DNA of 64,000 nt from NCBI GenBank assembly GCA_937897575.1, contig CALCQG010000005.1, positions 16,526-80,525 on the forward strand, read 5' to 3'. The notes under the pieces are model-generated. The model was not told the origin of the DNA and did no database searches. It saw only the letters and a program-made list of their open reading frames with translations. A program made the position numbers and the translations under genes. Each line of letters opens with the position of its first letter. The stretch's first letter is position 1. Origin of the DNA: an uncultured Synergistales bacterium. GTDB taxonomy: Bacteria > Synergistota > Synergistia > Synergistales > Aminobacteriaceae. Shown here piece after piece: positions 35,753 through 45,199 of the stretch.

Positions 35753-36601
35753 ATGATCGCCAGTGAAAACAGGGGAAGGGTGCTGCGGCGTCTCTTCAGG
35801 AGGCCCTTGACCGTCATCGGTCTGTTTCTGATCCTTGCGAACATCGTCATGGTGCTCTTCGCCCCCGTGCTTTCGCCGTACAACCCCGAGGAGATGCATC
35901 TGAAGGACCGCCATTCGCCGCCGAGCATGAAATACCTTCTGGGTACGGACTTCTACGGACGGGACATCCTGAGCCGGATAATCCACGGCTCACGGATCTC
36001 CTTCACGCTGGGGCTCTCCGTCGTCGCCGGCGGTCTGCTGTTCGGAACGACGCTGGGGCTCGTCGCCGGATACTTCGGCGGGAGGGTGGACTCCCTCCTG
36101 ATGAGGGTCACGGACATCTTCCTGGCCTTCCCGCAGATGGTCTTCGCGATGGCCATCATGTCCGTTCGAGGGCAGGGGTTCGGCAACGTGGTCCTCGCGC
36201 TGACGCTGACCGGGTGGACGGCCTTCGCGCGGCTGGTCCGCGCCGAGGCGCTCTCTCTGAGGGACCTCGAGTTCGTGCAGGCCGTGCAGTCCCTTGGGGC
36301 GCGCACGCCGCGCATTCTCTTCAGGCACCTTCTCCCCAATTTGATGGCCCCCATCATCGTACAGGCCACCATGGGCATGGCGACCCCCATACTGACCGAG
36401 GCGGCTCTCACGTTTCTCGGCATCGGAATACCGCCGAACGTCCCCAGTTGGGGCGGAATGTTGTCCGTGGACAGGGACTTCATGGAGACGGCCTGGTGGT
36501 CCGTGACGTTTCCGGGCCTGGCCATAGCCTGTACGGTGCTCGGCTTCAACCTCTTCGGCGACGGACTTCGGGACGCCCTCGACCCGAAACTCAGGGCATG
36601 A
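35753..36601 (+). CDS. ABC transporter permease (DppC/OppC-like)
   Basis: [22 protein letters not shown] plus the EAA loop (..[22 protein letters not shown]). An alternative GTG start lies at 35738. Confidence 0.88.
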   Translation: MIASENRGRVLRRLFRRPLTVIGLFLILANIVMVLFAPVLSPYNPEEMHLKDRHSPPSMKYLLGTDFYGRDILSRIIHGSRISFTLGLSVVAGGLLFGTTLGLVAGYFGGRVDSLLMRVTDIFLAFPQMVFAMAIMSVRGQGFGNVVLALTLTGWTAFARLVRAEALSLRDLEFVQAVQSLGARTPRILFRHLLPNLMAPIIVQATMGMATPILTEAALTFLGIGIPPNVPSWGGMLSVDRDFMETAWWSVTFPGLAIACTVLGFNLFGDGLRDALDPKLRA

Positions 36602-37626
36602 TGTACGCAGACGACGGTGCCCAGCCGATGGCCCCTCTTCTCGAGATAGAGAATCTTCGGGTGACCTTCGACGGGGAGGACGGCGAGGTGACGGCCGTCA
36701 ACGGCGTCACCCTCTCCGTGGGACAGGGGGAGACCGTTGCCCTCGTAGGAGAGTCCGGATGCGGGAAGAGCATGACGGCGCTGTCCGTCCTGCGGCTTGT
36801 CCCCGCTCCGTTGGGGGCCATACGTGGCGGCTCCGTACGCTTCGCCGGAGAAGAGCTGCTGATGAAGACGGTGGAGCAGATGCAGGAAATTCGCGGCCGC
36901 GATATCGCCATGATCTTTCAGGAGCCCATGACGTCCCTCAACCCCGTCTTCACCTGCGGAGACCAGATCATGGAGGCCATAACTCGGCACCGGGTGGTTT
37001 CGAAGCGCGAGGCGAGGGAGCAGGCCGTGGAGATGCTCCGTCTGGTGGGAATCCCCATGCCGGAACGGCGGCTGTACGAATATCCCCATCAGCTGTCGGG
37101 CGGGATGCGGCAGAGGGTGATGATCGGGATGGCCCTCTGCTGCGCTCCCAAGCTTCTCATAGCGGACGAACCCACAACGGCGCTCGATGTGACGATTCAG
37201 GCGCAGATTCTGGACCTGCTGCGCACACTGAAGAGGAAGATCGGCATGGCCATTCTGCTCATCACCCACGATCTCGGCATCGTCGCTGAGGTGGCCGAAC
37301 GTGTGGTTATCATGTACGCCGGAGAGGTGGTGGAGGAGGCTCCCGTACGGTCCCTCTTCAAAAAGCCCGCCCACCCCTATACCCGAGGGCTCCTGGGCTC
37401 CGTTCCGAAGCTGGACAGGAAGGAGGAGGAGCTGAAGACGATACCGGGCAACGTCCCCTCCCTGAAATCGATGCCCTCCGGCTGCCGCTTCCACCCCCGC
37501 TGTCCGAACGCACGGTCGCTGTGCGCCAAGGCCGCACCTGCCCTTCTGGAGATCGGAGAGGGGCAGAGGGTCGCCTGCTGGCTGTACGGACTCCCCTCGG
37601 ACAGAGAGGGGGTGGAGACCCTATGA
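36598..37626 (+). CDS. ABC transporter ATP-binding protein (DppD/OppD-like)
   Basis: Walker A GESGCGKS, signature LSGGMRQR, Walker [13 protein letters not shown]. The start overlaps the preceding stop. Confidence 0.92.
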   Translation: MMYADDGAQPMAPLLEIENLRVTFDGEDGEVTAVNGVTLSVGQGETVALVGESGCGKSMTALSVLRLVPAPLGAIRGGSVRFAGEELLMKTVEQMQEIRGRDIAMIFQEPMTSLNPVFTCGDQIMEAITRHRVVSKREAREQAVEMLRLVGIPMPERRLYEYPHQLSGGMRQRVMIGMALCCAPKLLIADEPTTALDVTIQAQILDLLRTLKRKIGMAILLITHDLGIVAEVAERVVIMYAGEVVEEAPVRSLFKKPAHPYTRGLLGSVPKLDRKEEELKTIPGNVPSLKSMPSGCRFHPRCPNARSLCAKAAPALLEIGEGQRVACWLYGLPSDREGVETL

Positions 37627-38597
37627 ACCAGGAATCGGACGTGCTGCTGGAGGTTCGGGATCTGAAGAAACACTACGTTCTTTCAAAACGGACGGTGTTC
37701 GGGAGGAGGGAGGTGCTCCGCGCCGTCGACGGGATCAGCTTTTCGCTTCGCCGCGGCGAGACCCTCGGCCTTGTGGGGGAGTCGGGCTGCGGAAAGACGA
37801 CGACGGGGAAGTGCATCGTCCGGCTGATCGAGCCGACGAGCGGACAGATTTCCCTGGAGGGGGAGGATGTGGTCGGCGCCTCTCCCGACCGAATACGGGA
37901 GATCCGGAAACAGATGCAGATCATCTTCCAGGACCCCTATTCGTCACTCAACCCGCGGATGACCGTGGGGCAGATCGTGGGAGAGCCCTTCGCTATTCAC
38001 GGAATCTGCGCGGGCAAGGAGCGCCGGCAGCGGGTCGAGGCCCTGATCGACAGGGTAGGACTGACGAGGGACTCCTACACCCGATTCCCCCATGAATTCT
38101 CGGGGGGGCAGAGGCAGCGCGTCGGCATCGCGCGCGCCCTGGCCCTGAATCCGAAGCTCGTGGTCTGCGACGAGCCGGTCTCGGCTCTCGACGTGTCGAT
38201 TCAGGCCCAGGTGCTCAATCTCATGGTCCAGCTGCAGAAGGAGAGCGGGTTGACCTATCTCTTCATATCCCACGGGCTCTCGGCGGTGAAGCACATCTCG
38301 AGGCGGGTCGGCGTGATGTACCTTGGAAAGCTGGTTGAGCTGGGGGAGACGGAGGCGCTTTTCTCGTCTCCGCTCCATCCGTACACCGAGGCCCTCATGT
38401 CCGCCATTCCGCGTCCCGACCCGGACATCGTGCGGGAGCGGGTCCTTCTGGAAGGGGACGCGACGGACTCGAATCACCCTCCGTCCGGCTGCCCCTTTCA
38501 TGCCCGATGCCGCTACAGGATGGCCGTCTGCGAGAACGAGGAGCCGGCGTGGAGGGATCTGGGGGGCGGGCACTTTGCCGCCTGCCACCTTCGATGA
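37623..38597 (+). CDS. ABC transporter ATP-binding protein (DppF/OppF-like)
   Basis: Walker [10 protein letters not shown], signature FSGGQRQR, Walker [13 protein letters not shown]. The start overlaps the preceding stop. Confidence 0.92.
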   Translation: MNQESDVLLEVRDLKKHYVLSKRTVFGRREVLRAVDGISFSLRRGETLGLVGESGCGKTTTGKCIVRLIEPTSGQISLEGEDVVGASPDRIREIRKQMQIIFQDPYSSLNPRMTVGQIVGEPFAIHGICAGKERRQRVEALIDRVGLTRDSYTRFPHEFSGGQRQRVGIARALALNPKLVVCDEPVSALDVSIQAQVLNLMVQLQKESGLTYLFISHGLSAVKHISRRVGVMYLGKLVELGETEALFSSPLHPYTEALMSAIPRPDPDIVRERVLLEGDATDSNHPPSGCPFHARCRYRMAVCENEEPAWRDLGGGHFAACHLR

Positions 38598-38675
38598 CGG
38601 CGCCCTGAGGTCTTGCTCGGCGGAACGGGGATGCCCTGCTTCCGTCATATGTCTTTCGAGAGGAGAATGACGATC

Positions 38676-39695
38676 ATGGAACGTTTACGAGACAGCTCGC
38701 AGTACTACCACGTCGTCCTGGAGCGGATTCCGCCGCAGGCCAGCCCGGCGTTCGAGGACGAGAAGATGCAGGAGAGAGTCTGGGGGCGGCGCTGGGGGGT
38801 CTATAACGACGTCGGAACCCTCAGGACCATTTTGATGCACCGCCCCGGCGAGGAGCTCCGGGTGATGACGGCCGACAAATACGACCCCACGATCGAGGCC
38901 CTCATCGACGACGACGAACAGTGGTACTTCCGGTCCGACCAGGGGCCGAACATCGAGGGGATGCAGGCGGAGCACGACGCACTCGTTCAGATACTCCGGT
39001 CGAACGGCGTGGAGGTCCTCTTCGTCGACGGCGGGCCGAGGGACCCCAACGCCATGTTCGTTCGGGACATGGGCATGGTGGTCAACGGGGGCATCATCGT
39101 CTCGCGGATGGGCCCCGTCGGGAAGCCCTACGGGACGGGGCGCCGCGGCGAAGAGGCGTACATCACGAAAAAGGTCGCCGAGATCGGCATGCCCATCCTG
39201 CGCACCATTCACGGCGAGGGGCTCATGGAGGGGGGGAGTTTCTGCCTCCTCGACGAAAATCATGCGGCCATCGGGCTGAGCAAACGGGGCAACAAGTGCG
39301 GAGCGGACCAGGTTCGTTCTGTCCTCGATGTGCAGGGCATCGAGCTGATCGAGATCCCGCTCGTCGGGTTCAGCATGCACATCGACGGCGCCATCGTGAT
39401 GATCGACCACGACAAGGCCTTGGTCAACATCGATCGGCTGCCCTACTGGTTCATCGACCGCCTCGTTGAGCTCGGCATAGAGCCGATCTCCGCCGATTTC
39501 AGGGATGTAAAGCTCGCGGTGAACTGCCTGGCTCTCGCCCCGGGAAAGATCGTGATGGATGAACTGGCGCCCTGGACGGCCGAGAAGGTCTCGAAAAGGG
39601 GCATTGACGTCATCCTCACGCCCTACGCGGAGTGCCGCAAGCACGGAGGGGGCATTCACTGCTCCACGCTGCCCCTCATCCGTGACAAGAACTGA
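38676..39695 (+). CDS. amidinotransferase-fold enzyme (arginine deiminase / DDAH superfamily)
   Basis: C-terminal GGGIHCSTLPL (catalytic Cys context) and internal FVRDMG..SRMG blocks typical of the guanidino-group modifying superfamily. ATG 38676 is preferred on SD spacing. An alternative ATG lies at 38667. Confidence 0.7.
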   Translation: MERLRDSSQYYHVVLERIPPQASPAFEDEKMQERVWGRRWGVYNDVGTLRTILMHRPGEELRVMTADKYDPTIEALIDDDEQWYFRSDQGPNIEGMQAEHDALVQILRSNGVEVLFVDGGPRDPNAMFVRDMGMVVNGGIIVSRMGPVGKPYGTGRRGEEAYITKKVAEIGMPILRTIHGEGLMEGGSFCLLDENHAAIGLSKRGNKCGADQVRSVLDVQGIELIEIPLVGFSMHIDGAIVMIDHDKALVNIDRLPYWFIDRLVELGIEPISADFRDVKLAVNCLALAPGKIVMDELAPWTAEKVSKRGIDVILTPYAECRKHGGGIHCSTLPLIRDKN

Positions 39696-39720
39696 CAGAA
39701 CGATGAAGGAAGTGATCTGA

Positions 39721-40569
39721 ATGCGCTCCGAACCTATCGCCATGAAGCCGTCCGATTGGAGGAAAAACCTTCCCCGGCCAGCCTATCGCGATCTGCGCCC
39801 AGTCCCCGTCTCCGATCCGTGGTTCTCCGTCTACGACCTGGGGCATGACACCTACGCGCTCTACGAGGACGGCCAGTATGAGGAGTCGATACCCTATCTC
39901 GTCGTCGGGCGGGACCGGGCGCTGCTCGTCGACACGGGGAACGGCATCGCCAATATCCGAGCCCAGTGCCGGGAGCTCACGGCGCTGCGTCTGTCCGACG
40001 AAATCGCCGCCTACGACGACTCCATGGGGCTCGCCAGACGGACCGCGGCCCTCGAGTATTTCCACGAGAAGGCGGTGACCTACATCCAGGGAAGCGCCGT
40101 CTGGAAGGAGTTCCCGAAGGGGTTCGACCCCGCCCTCTACTGCATTCCCCCCTACAGGATCACCCACTGGCTCCGGGACGGAGAGATTCTGGACCTTGGG
40201 GGAAGGGAGCTGGAGGTCCTGCATACGCCGGGGCACTCCCCGGACTCGGTCTGCCTTCTCGACCGCACGGCGCGGATGCTGTGGGTGGGGGACCTCTTCT
40301 ACACGGGATCCATCTACACATGGCTGCCGGGAGGGGACATCGACCTGCTGATCGAAAGCTACGAGCGACTCATCGCCCTCTTCCCGCACTACGACACCCT
40401 GATGCCGTCCCACAACGAACCGGCCGTGGAGAAGGAACTTCTGCTGGAGGCGCTGGAGGGGGCGAAAAAGGTCCGGCGACGGACCGATGATTTCATTCTC
40501 CTCGAGGGTGGCAGGAGAAAGTATCCGTTCAACCGCTTCGCCTTCGTCACCGGGCCTGACGGGGTGTGA
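39721..40569 (+). CDS. MBL-fold metallo-hydrolase
   Basis: LVVGRDRALLVDTGNG and LHTPGHSPDS are beta-lactamase-fold motifs, although the canonical HxHxDH is atypical here. Confidence 0.65.
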   Translation: MRSEPIAMKPSDWRKNLPRPAYRDLRPVPVSDPWFSVYDLGHDTYALYEDGQYEESIPYLVVGRDRALLVDTGNGIANIRAQCRELTALRLSDEIAAYDDSMGLARRTAALEYFHEKAVTYIQGSAVWKEFPKGFDPALYCIPPYRITHWLRDGEILDLGGRELEVLHTPGHSPDSVCLLDRTARMLWVGDLFYTGSIYTWLPGGDIDLLIESYERLIALFPHYDTLMPSHNEPAVEKELLLEALEGAKKVRRRTDDFILLEGGRRKYPFNRFAFVTGPDGV

Positions 40570-40760
40570 CATATGAACGGACAGCGGTTCCTTTTGTCCA
40601 TGGCGGAGGCACGGCGCGCACCACATATTGACCGGCGGCCTGGTTCACCGCAGGTTGGAGGGAGAGCGTTACTATTGCATGGAGAGTGTCTCTTCCGGAA
40701 GGTGTAAACAAGTCCCCCGATCACTTCGGAGAACTTTGAGCCGATGGGGATGCTCGTGCC

Positions 40761-41744
40761 TTATTTTGAACTGCTCCGTTGCCGAAGCATCTCCCTGTTC
40801 ACCGTGGTGTCCGGAATGTCGCCCCGAAGAAGCGAAGCGCAGCACGAGACGATGATGTCCGAAATGTTTGCGACGGATTCATGGGTGGAGCCCCCCATAT
40901 GGGGGGTCAGCACGACGTTGGGCGCCCCCGGAAGAGGGGAGGTTGCCGGGAGGGGTTCCCTCTCGAATACATCGAGACCAGCCCCTGCGAGATGTCCCGA
41001 CCTTAGGAGCCCTGCCAGCGCCTCTTCGTCGACGATCCCCCCTCGCGAGGTCGCGATGAGGACGGCCCCTTTCTTCATCAGCGAGAGCCTCTCTCCCGAG
41101 AGCAGCCCCTTTGTGTCGGCCGTCAGCGGGACGTTCACGGAGACGATGTCGGAGCGGGACAGAAGGTCCTCGAGGGGCAGCCATTCGTACGTGGGGTGCC
41201 CGTTCGCTCTTCCGGAGGTCACGAGGATCTTCATGCCGAAGGCCTCGCCGATCGCCGCGATCCGACCCCCGATATTGCCGGGGCCGATGATGCCGAGCGT
41301 TTTTCCCCGCAGCTCCCGCCCCTGCATCCATTCCGGCAGCGACGCGCTGTCCGCGGCGCCCCACCGACCCGAGGTCACGTAGCGGTGGGCTTCCCCCGTA
41401 TGGCGGAGGCACTCCAGCATGAGGGAGACGGCCAGTTCTGCCACGGCCTGGGCGTTGCCTCCCTGGCAGTTTGCGACGGGAATGCCCCGTTTCGACGCCT
41501 CCTCGAGATCGATGTGGTTCACTCCGACACCGTAGGAGACGACCCCCTTCAGGTTCTCGGCCCGATCGAGGATGGACGCATCGACGGAGGCGTACTCCGC
41601 GACGATGACATCCGCTTCGCGGCTCAGTTCGAGGAATCTCTCCCGTTCGTCGAGCGAAAGGCGGAGGATGGAGCCCATGGCGGCGATTGTCCGCTCGGCA
41701 CCCTCGGTTAGGGTGAAGGCGTCGGCGAAGAGGATTCTGTGCAT
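40761..41744 (-). CDS. D-isomer-specific 2-hydroxyacid dehydrogenase family protein
   Basis: GIIGPGNIGGRIA (NAD-binding), SRGGIVDEEAL, GAGLDVFEREP, LTPHMGGST. Confidence 0.88.
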   Translation of the reverse strand: MHRILFADAFTLTEGAERTIAAMGSILRLSLDERERFLELSREADVIVAEYASVDASILDRAENLKGVVSYGVGVNHIDLEEASKRGIPVANCQGGNAQAVAELAVSLMLECLRHTGEAHRYVTSGRWGAADSASLPEWMQGRELRGKTLGIIGPGNIGGRIAAIGEAFGMKILVTSGRANGHPTYEWLPLEDLLSRSDIVSVNVPLTADTKGLLSGERLSLMKKGAVLIATSRGGIVDEEALAGLLRSGHLAGAGLDVFEREPLPATSPLPGAPNVVLTPHMGGSTHESVANISDIIVSCCASLLRGDIPDTTVNREMLRQRSSSK

Positions 41745-41768
41745 TGAGCCCTCCTTGTGTTCGGTATT

Positions 41769-43142
41769 TTACCGGACGAGCAGGATCTTCAGATCGTTGA
41801 CGTTCGTCCCGGTGTTGCCCGTTATGAAGATGTCCTCCATGACCTGAAGGACGGCCGAGGCGTCGTGGTTTCTTATGAAGGAGAAGGGGTCCGTCCCAGC
41901 CGCCCGGCATCGTTTCGCCGACGTCCCGTCGACCATGCCCCCGGCGAAGGTCGTCGGCCCATCGGTCCCGTCGGTGTCGAGCCCCGCTATGACGACGTCG
42001 TTCAGCCCCTCTATTTCAAGCGCCGCTCCGAGAGCGAACTCCTGGTTCGGACCACCGAGGCCCTGGCCTTCTCCGTCGCGTATCGTGACGACGGTCTCCC
42101 CGCCGCCGATAAACGCGCAGGGTGCTCTGAACGGCCGCCCATTGGCGAGCACCTCCTTGGCGATGAAGGCGAAGCTTCGGCCGAGCTCCCGGCTTTCGCC
42201 CTCGAACATGGAGGAGAGGATGACGGTGTTGTAGCCGAGCTCCCGTGCGCGCTTTTCAGCTCCTTTGCACGCCGCATCCCCCTCTACCGCGATGTAGTTC
42301 TTGAGGCGGTGCGTGTCCAGGTTCTTCGGGGTCTCCCGCCCGTGGGGCGGGGATTTCAAGTAGGCGCTGACGGAGGCGGGCATCTTCTTCCAGAGTTCGT
42401 ACTTGTCGAGGGTGCGCCGGGCATCGTCAAAGCTCGACGTATCCGGGACGGTGGGGTCCGTGATGTAGTCCAGGGGGTCGCCTATGACGTCCGAGACGGT
42501 GATGTTGACGAGCAAGGCCTCCGCGTGGACCGCCTGGGCCAGCTGGCCCCCCTTGATGAGGCTCAGGTGTTTGCGCACGGCGTTGATCTCGATGATGTTC
42601 GCTCCGCAGGTGAGGAGCAGCCTGTTCGCCTTTTTCTTGTCCTCGAGGGAGACCTCCGGGACCGGCAGCGGCATCAGGGCGGAGCTGCCCCCCGTGATGC
42701 AGGCGAAGACGAGATCCTTGGGGCCCGTCCGTTTCGCGAGATCGAGGATATCCTGCGAGGCGCTCATGCCGATCTCGTTCGGGATCGGATGGCTCGCGAG
42801 GCGCATCCCGATGTGGTTCAGCGTGCCCTTTTGTCCGTCCTTGCAGGTGACGATTCCCTCGGTGATCATGTCACCAAGGATGTCGTCGAGGGCCTTCGCG
42901 ATGGGAAAGGTGGCCTTCCCCGCTCCGAAGACGTATATATGCTCGAACTGCCCCAGTGGGTACGGAGTCCCTCCGATGAAGATCCTGTCCCCCTCGATCC
43001 GGATAAGCCGTCTCGTGGCCTCTCCCGGGTCCGCCGCGGCAATTCCGGCGTTCAGGACGTCGAGGGCCTCCTGTCGGAGCCCGATGTCACCATGCGAGAC
43101 GAGTTGGTCATAGTTTGCGAAGTAATTGTCCACTCTGGTCAT
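41769..43142 (-). CDS. glycerate 2-kinase (MOFRL / DUF4147 family, TtuD/GckA-like)
   Basis: VFGAGKATFPIAKAL, ACITGGSSAL, RKHLSLIKGGQLA, GGGETVVT, GLDTDGTDGPT. The start is taken at ATG 43142, which has a GGGAGG SD. Confidence 0.82.
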   Translation of the reverse strand: MTRVDNYFANYDQLVSHGDIGLRQEALDVLNAGIAAADPGEATRRLIRIEGDRIFIGGTPYPLGQFEHIYVFGAGKATFPIAKALDDILGDMITEGIVTCKDGQKGTLNHIGMRLASHPIPNEIGMSASQDILDLAKRTGPKDLVFACITGGSSALMPLPVPEVSLEDKKKANRLLLTCGANIIEINAVRKHLSLIKGGQLAQAVHAEALLVNITVSDVIGDPLDYITDPTVPDTSSFDDARRTLDKYELWKKMPASVSAYLKSPPHGRETPKNLDTHRLKNYIAVEGDAACKGAEKRARELGYNTVILSSMFEGESRELGRSFAFIAKEVLANGRPFRAPCAFIGGGETVVTIRDGEGQGLGGPNQEFALGAALEIEGLNDVVIAGLDTDGTDGPTTFAGGMVDGTSAKRCRAAGTDPFSFIRNHDASAVLQVMEDIFITGNTGTNVNDLKILLVR

Positions 43143-43207
43143 CTTCAAGTACCTCCCGGTGAGGGGAGTGGAGACCGTCTCCACTCCCCCTGTTTGCGCT
43201 CCGGAAA

Positions 43208-44488
43208 TCAGAAGGGGTTTGTGTACATTCTGCCGGCGTACAGCGCGGCATCGCCAAGCTCGTGCTCGATCTCGAGAAGGCGGTTGTACTTCACCGTGCG
43301 CTCCGATCGGGTCGCTCCGGTTTTGATCTGTCCCGCGTTGATGCCCACCGTCACGTCGGACAGGATGGGGTCCTCGGTCTCGCCCGACCGCTCGGACACC
43401 ATGATCCCGAATTTGTGCCGGTAGGCGCTTTCCGCAGCGTCCATGGTCTCGGACAGAGTCCCGATCTGGTTGAACTTCAGCAGAAGGGCGTTGCAGTAGT
43501 CCGCGCGCTCGCGGATGAGCTTGGGGTTCGTGCAGAGGAAGTCGTCCCCGACGATCTGGATGCCGAGCTGCTCCGTCGCCATCTTGAACCCCTCGATATC
43601 GTCCTCGTCGAAGGGGTCCTCCATGGTGGCGATGGGGTACTTCTTGATGAGCTCCTTGTAGAAGGCGAGCATGTCCTTGTTAGTCCGCTCCTCACCCTCG
43701 AACTTGTACACCTTCTTCTTCGCGTCGTAGAAGTGCGTCGCCGCACAGTCGAAGCCGTACTGGACCTTCTTCTCGTGCCCTGCGACCTTGACGGCCTTCA
43801 CGAGGTGGTCCATGGCCTCCTTGATGCTGACGATGGGGGGGGCGAATCCTCCTTCGTCGCCTACGTTGACGGCGATCTTTCCGTACTTGCTCGAGAGGAT
43901 GTCCCGAAGGGCGTTGTAGACGTCCCAGCCGATGATCATGGACTCTCTGAAGGTCTCGGCCCCCACGGGGAAGATGCAGATCTCCTGGAAGTCCAGGTCG
44001 TTAGACGTCAGCCGGCCGCCGTTGATGTAGTTGAGCAGCGGGACGGGCAGAACGTAGGCGTTGACGTTGAGGTAGCGGTACAGCGGCAGGTTGCATGCGT
44101 TGGCCGCCGCCCTGGCCACGGCCATGGACACGCCGATGGTGGCGTTCCCGCCGAGCTTCTTCTTGTTGGGCGTCCCGTCCAGCTTGATCATGGCGAGGTC
44201 GATGTTCCTCTGGTCGCGCACGTCCATTCCGATCAGCGCCGGAGCGATGATCTCGTGGATGTTCTTGACGGCCTTCTGTACGCCGAGGCCGCCGAAGACC
44301 TTCTTGTCGCCGTCCCGCAGCTCCCAGGCCTCCCGCTCTCCCCTCGAGCGGCCGGCAGGGACGTCGGCCCGTCCCCACACGTCGTCTCCGGCCCAAACGT
44401 CCACCTGCACGGTCGGGTTGAACCTGCAGTCCAGAATTTCTCTGGCCACGATCTTCGTGATGGTAAATCTGTTCTTCCCAAGGTACAT
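43208..44488 (-). CDS. enolase-superfamily protein, divergent enolase paralogue
   Basis: Aligns along its full length with enolase (VGDEGGFAP, EDPFDEDD, IVGDDFLCTNP, KFNQIGT, GQIKTG). It carries GGRLT where canonical enolase has GGxHA, and SERSGETED where enolase has SHRSGETED. Confidence 0.8.
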   Translation of the reverse strand: MYLGKNRFTITKIVAREILDCRFNPTVQVDVWAGDDVWGRADVPAGRSRGEREAWELRDGDKKVFGGLGVQKAVKNIHEIIAPALIGMDVRDQRNIDLAMIKLDGTPNKKKLGGNATIGVSMAVARAAANACNLPLYRYLNVNAYVLPVPLLNYINGGRLTSNDLDFQEICIFPVGAETFRESMIIGWDVYNALRDILSSKYGKIAVNVGDEGGFAPPIVSIKEAMDHLVKAVKVAGHEKKVQYGFDCAATHFYDAKKKVYKFEGEERTNKDMLAFYKELIKKYPIATMEDPFDEDDIEGFKMATEQLGIQIVGDDFLCTNPKLIRERADYCNALLLKFNQIGTLSETMDAAESAYRHKFGIMVSERSGETEDPILSDVTVGINAGQIKTGATRSERTVKYNRLLEIEHELGDAALYAGRMYTNPF

Positions 44489-44533
44489 TGCACCATCTCC
44501 CTTTCAAAGGGGCGTCGCCCCGTTTATCGCGTA

Positions 44534-45199
44534 CTAATGCAGCGATTCCACTATCACGCCTATGTCGACGTAGTGAGCGGTGATCGCCCTCATGAACATG
44601 TTGCTGTCCCCCGAGAACAGGATGTCGTAGATAACCCGGTGTTTCTCCAGCTGATCTCTGAGGTTGTACTGCGCCTGCTCGAAGTGGAGGCCGAAATAGG
44701 CCCAGTAGCTGTGGTTCAGAGCGCTCCACGCTGCGGCGAGAGAGTCGCTGCCCGATCCCTGGACGATGGCCCTGTGAAACTCCATGTCCTTTTTGCGGAA
44801 CGCGACGTGATCCTGCTCATCCACAAACCTCCTCATGTTGAAGAGGCACTCTTTCAGATACGTGCCGTCCATCTTTGAAAAGGCACTCTCCGCCGACCAC
44901 CGCACGGCGAGGACCTCGAGCTCCGTCCGGGTCCTGAAATAGTCCTCCAACCCCTCCAGGGTGAACTTCCGGACATAGGTCCCCCGGAAGGGGCGGGACT
45001 CGAGAAAGCCCTGCGCCTCAAGCTCCCTCAGAGCCTCCCGGACCGTCGCCTGGCTGACGTCGAGGGCTTTGGCGGCCTGAAGCTCGACGATCTTCTCGCC
45101 CGGCTGAAAGGTCCCGTTCAGTATCATGTCGATGAGGTGTTCCACCACATCGTCGCTGAGAACCCTCCGGCGTACGGTCGCAGCGCCGGGAGACGTCAT
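44534..45199 (-). CDS. GntR family transcriptional regulator (FadR/FCD subfamily)
   Basis: Winged HTH block (GEKIVELQAAKALDVSQATVREALRELEAQGFL) plus a helical FCD-like C-terminal domain. Confidence 0.88.
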   Translation of the reverse strand: MTSPGAATVRRRVLSDDVVEHLIDMILNGTFQPGEKIVELQAAKALDVSQATVREALRELEAQGFLESRPFRGTYVRKFTLEGLEDYFRTRTELEVLAVRWSAESAFSKMDGTYLKECLFNMRRFVDEQDHVAFRKKDMEFHRAIVQGSGSDSLAAAWSALNHSYWAYFGLHFEQAQYNLRDQLEKHRVIYDILFSGDSNMFMRAITAHYVDIGVIVESLH

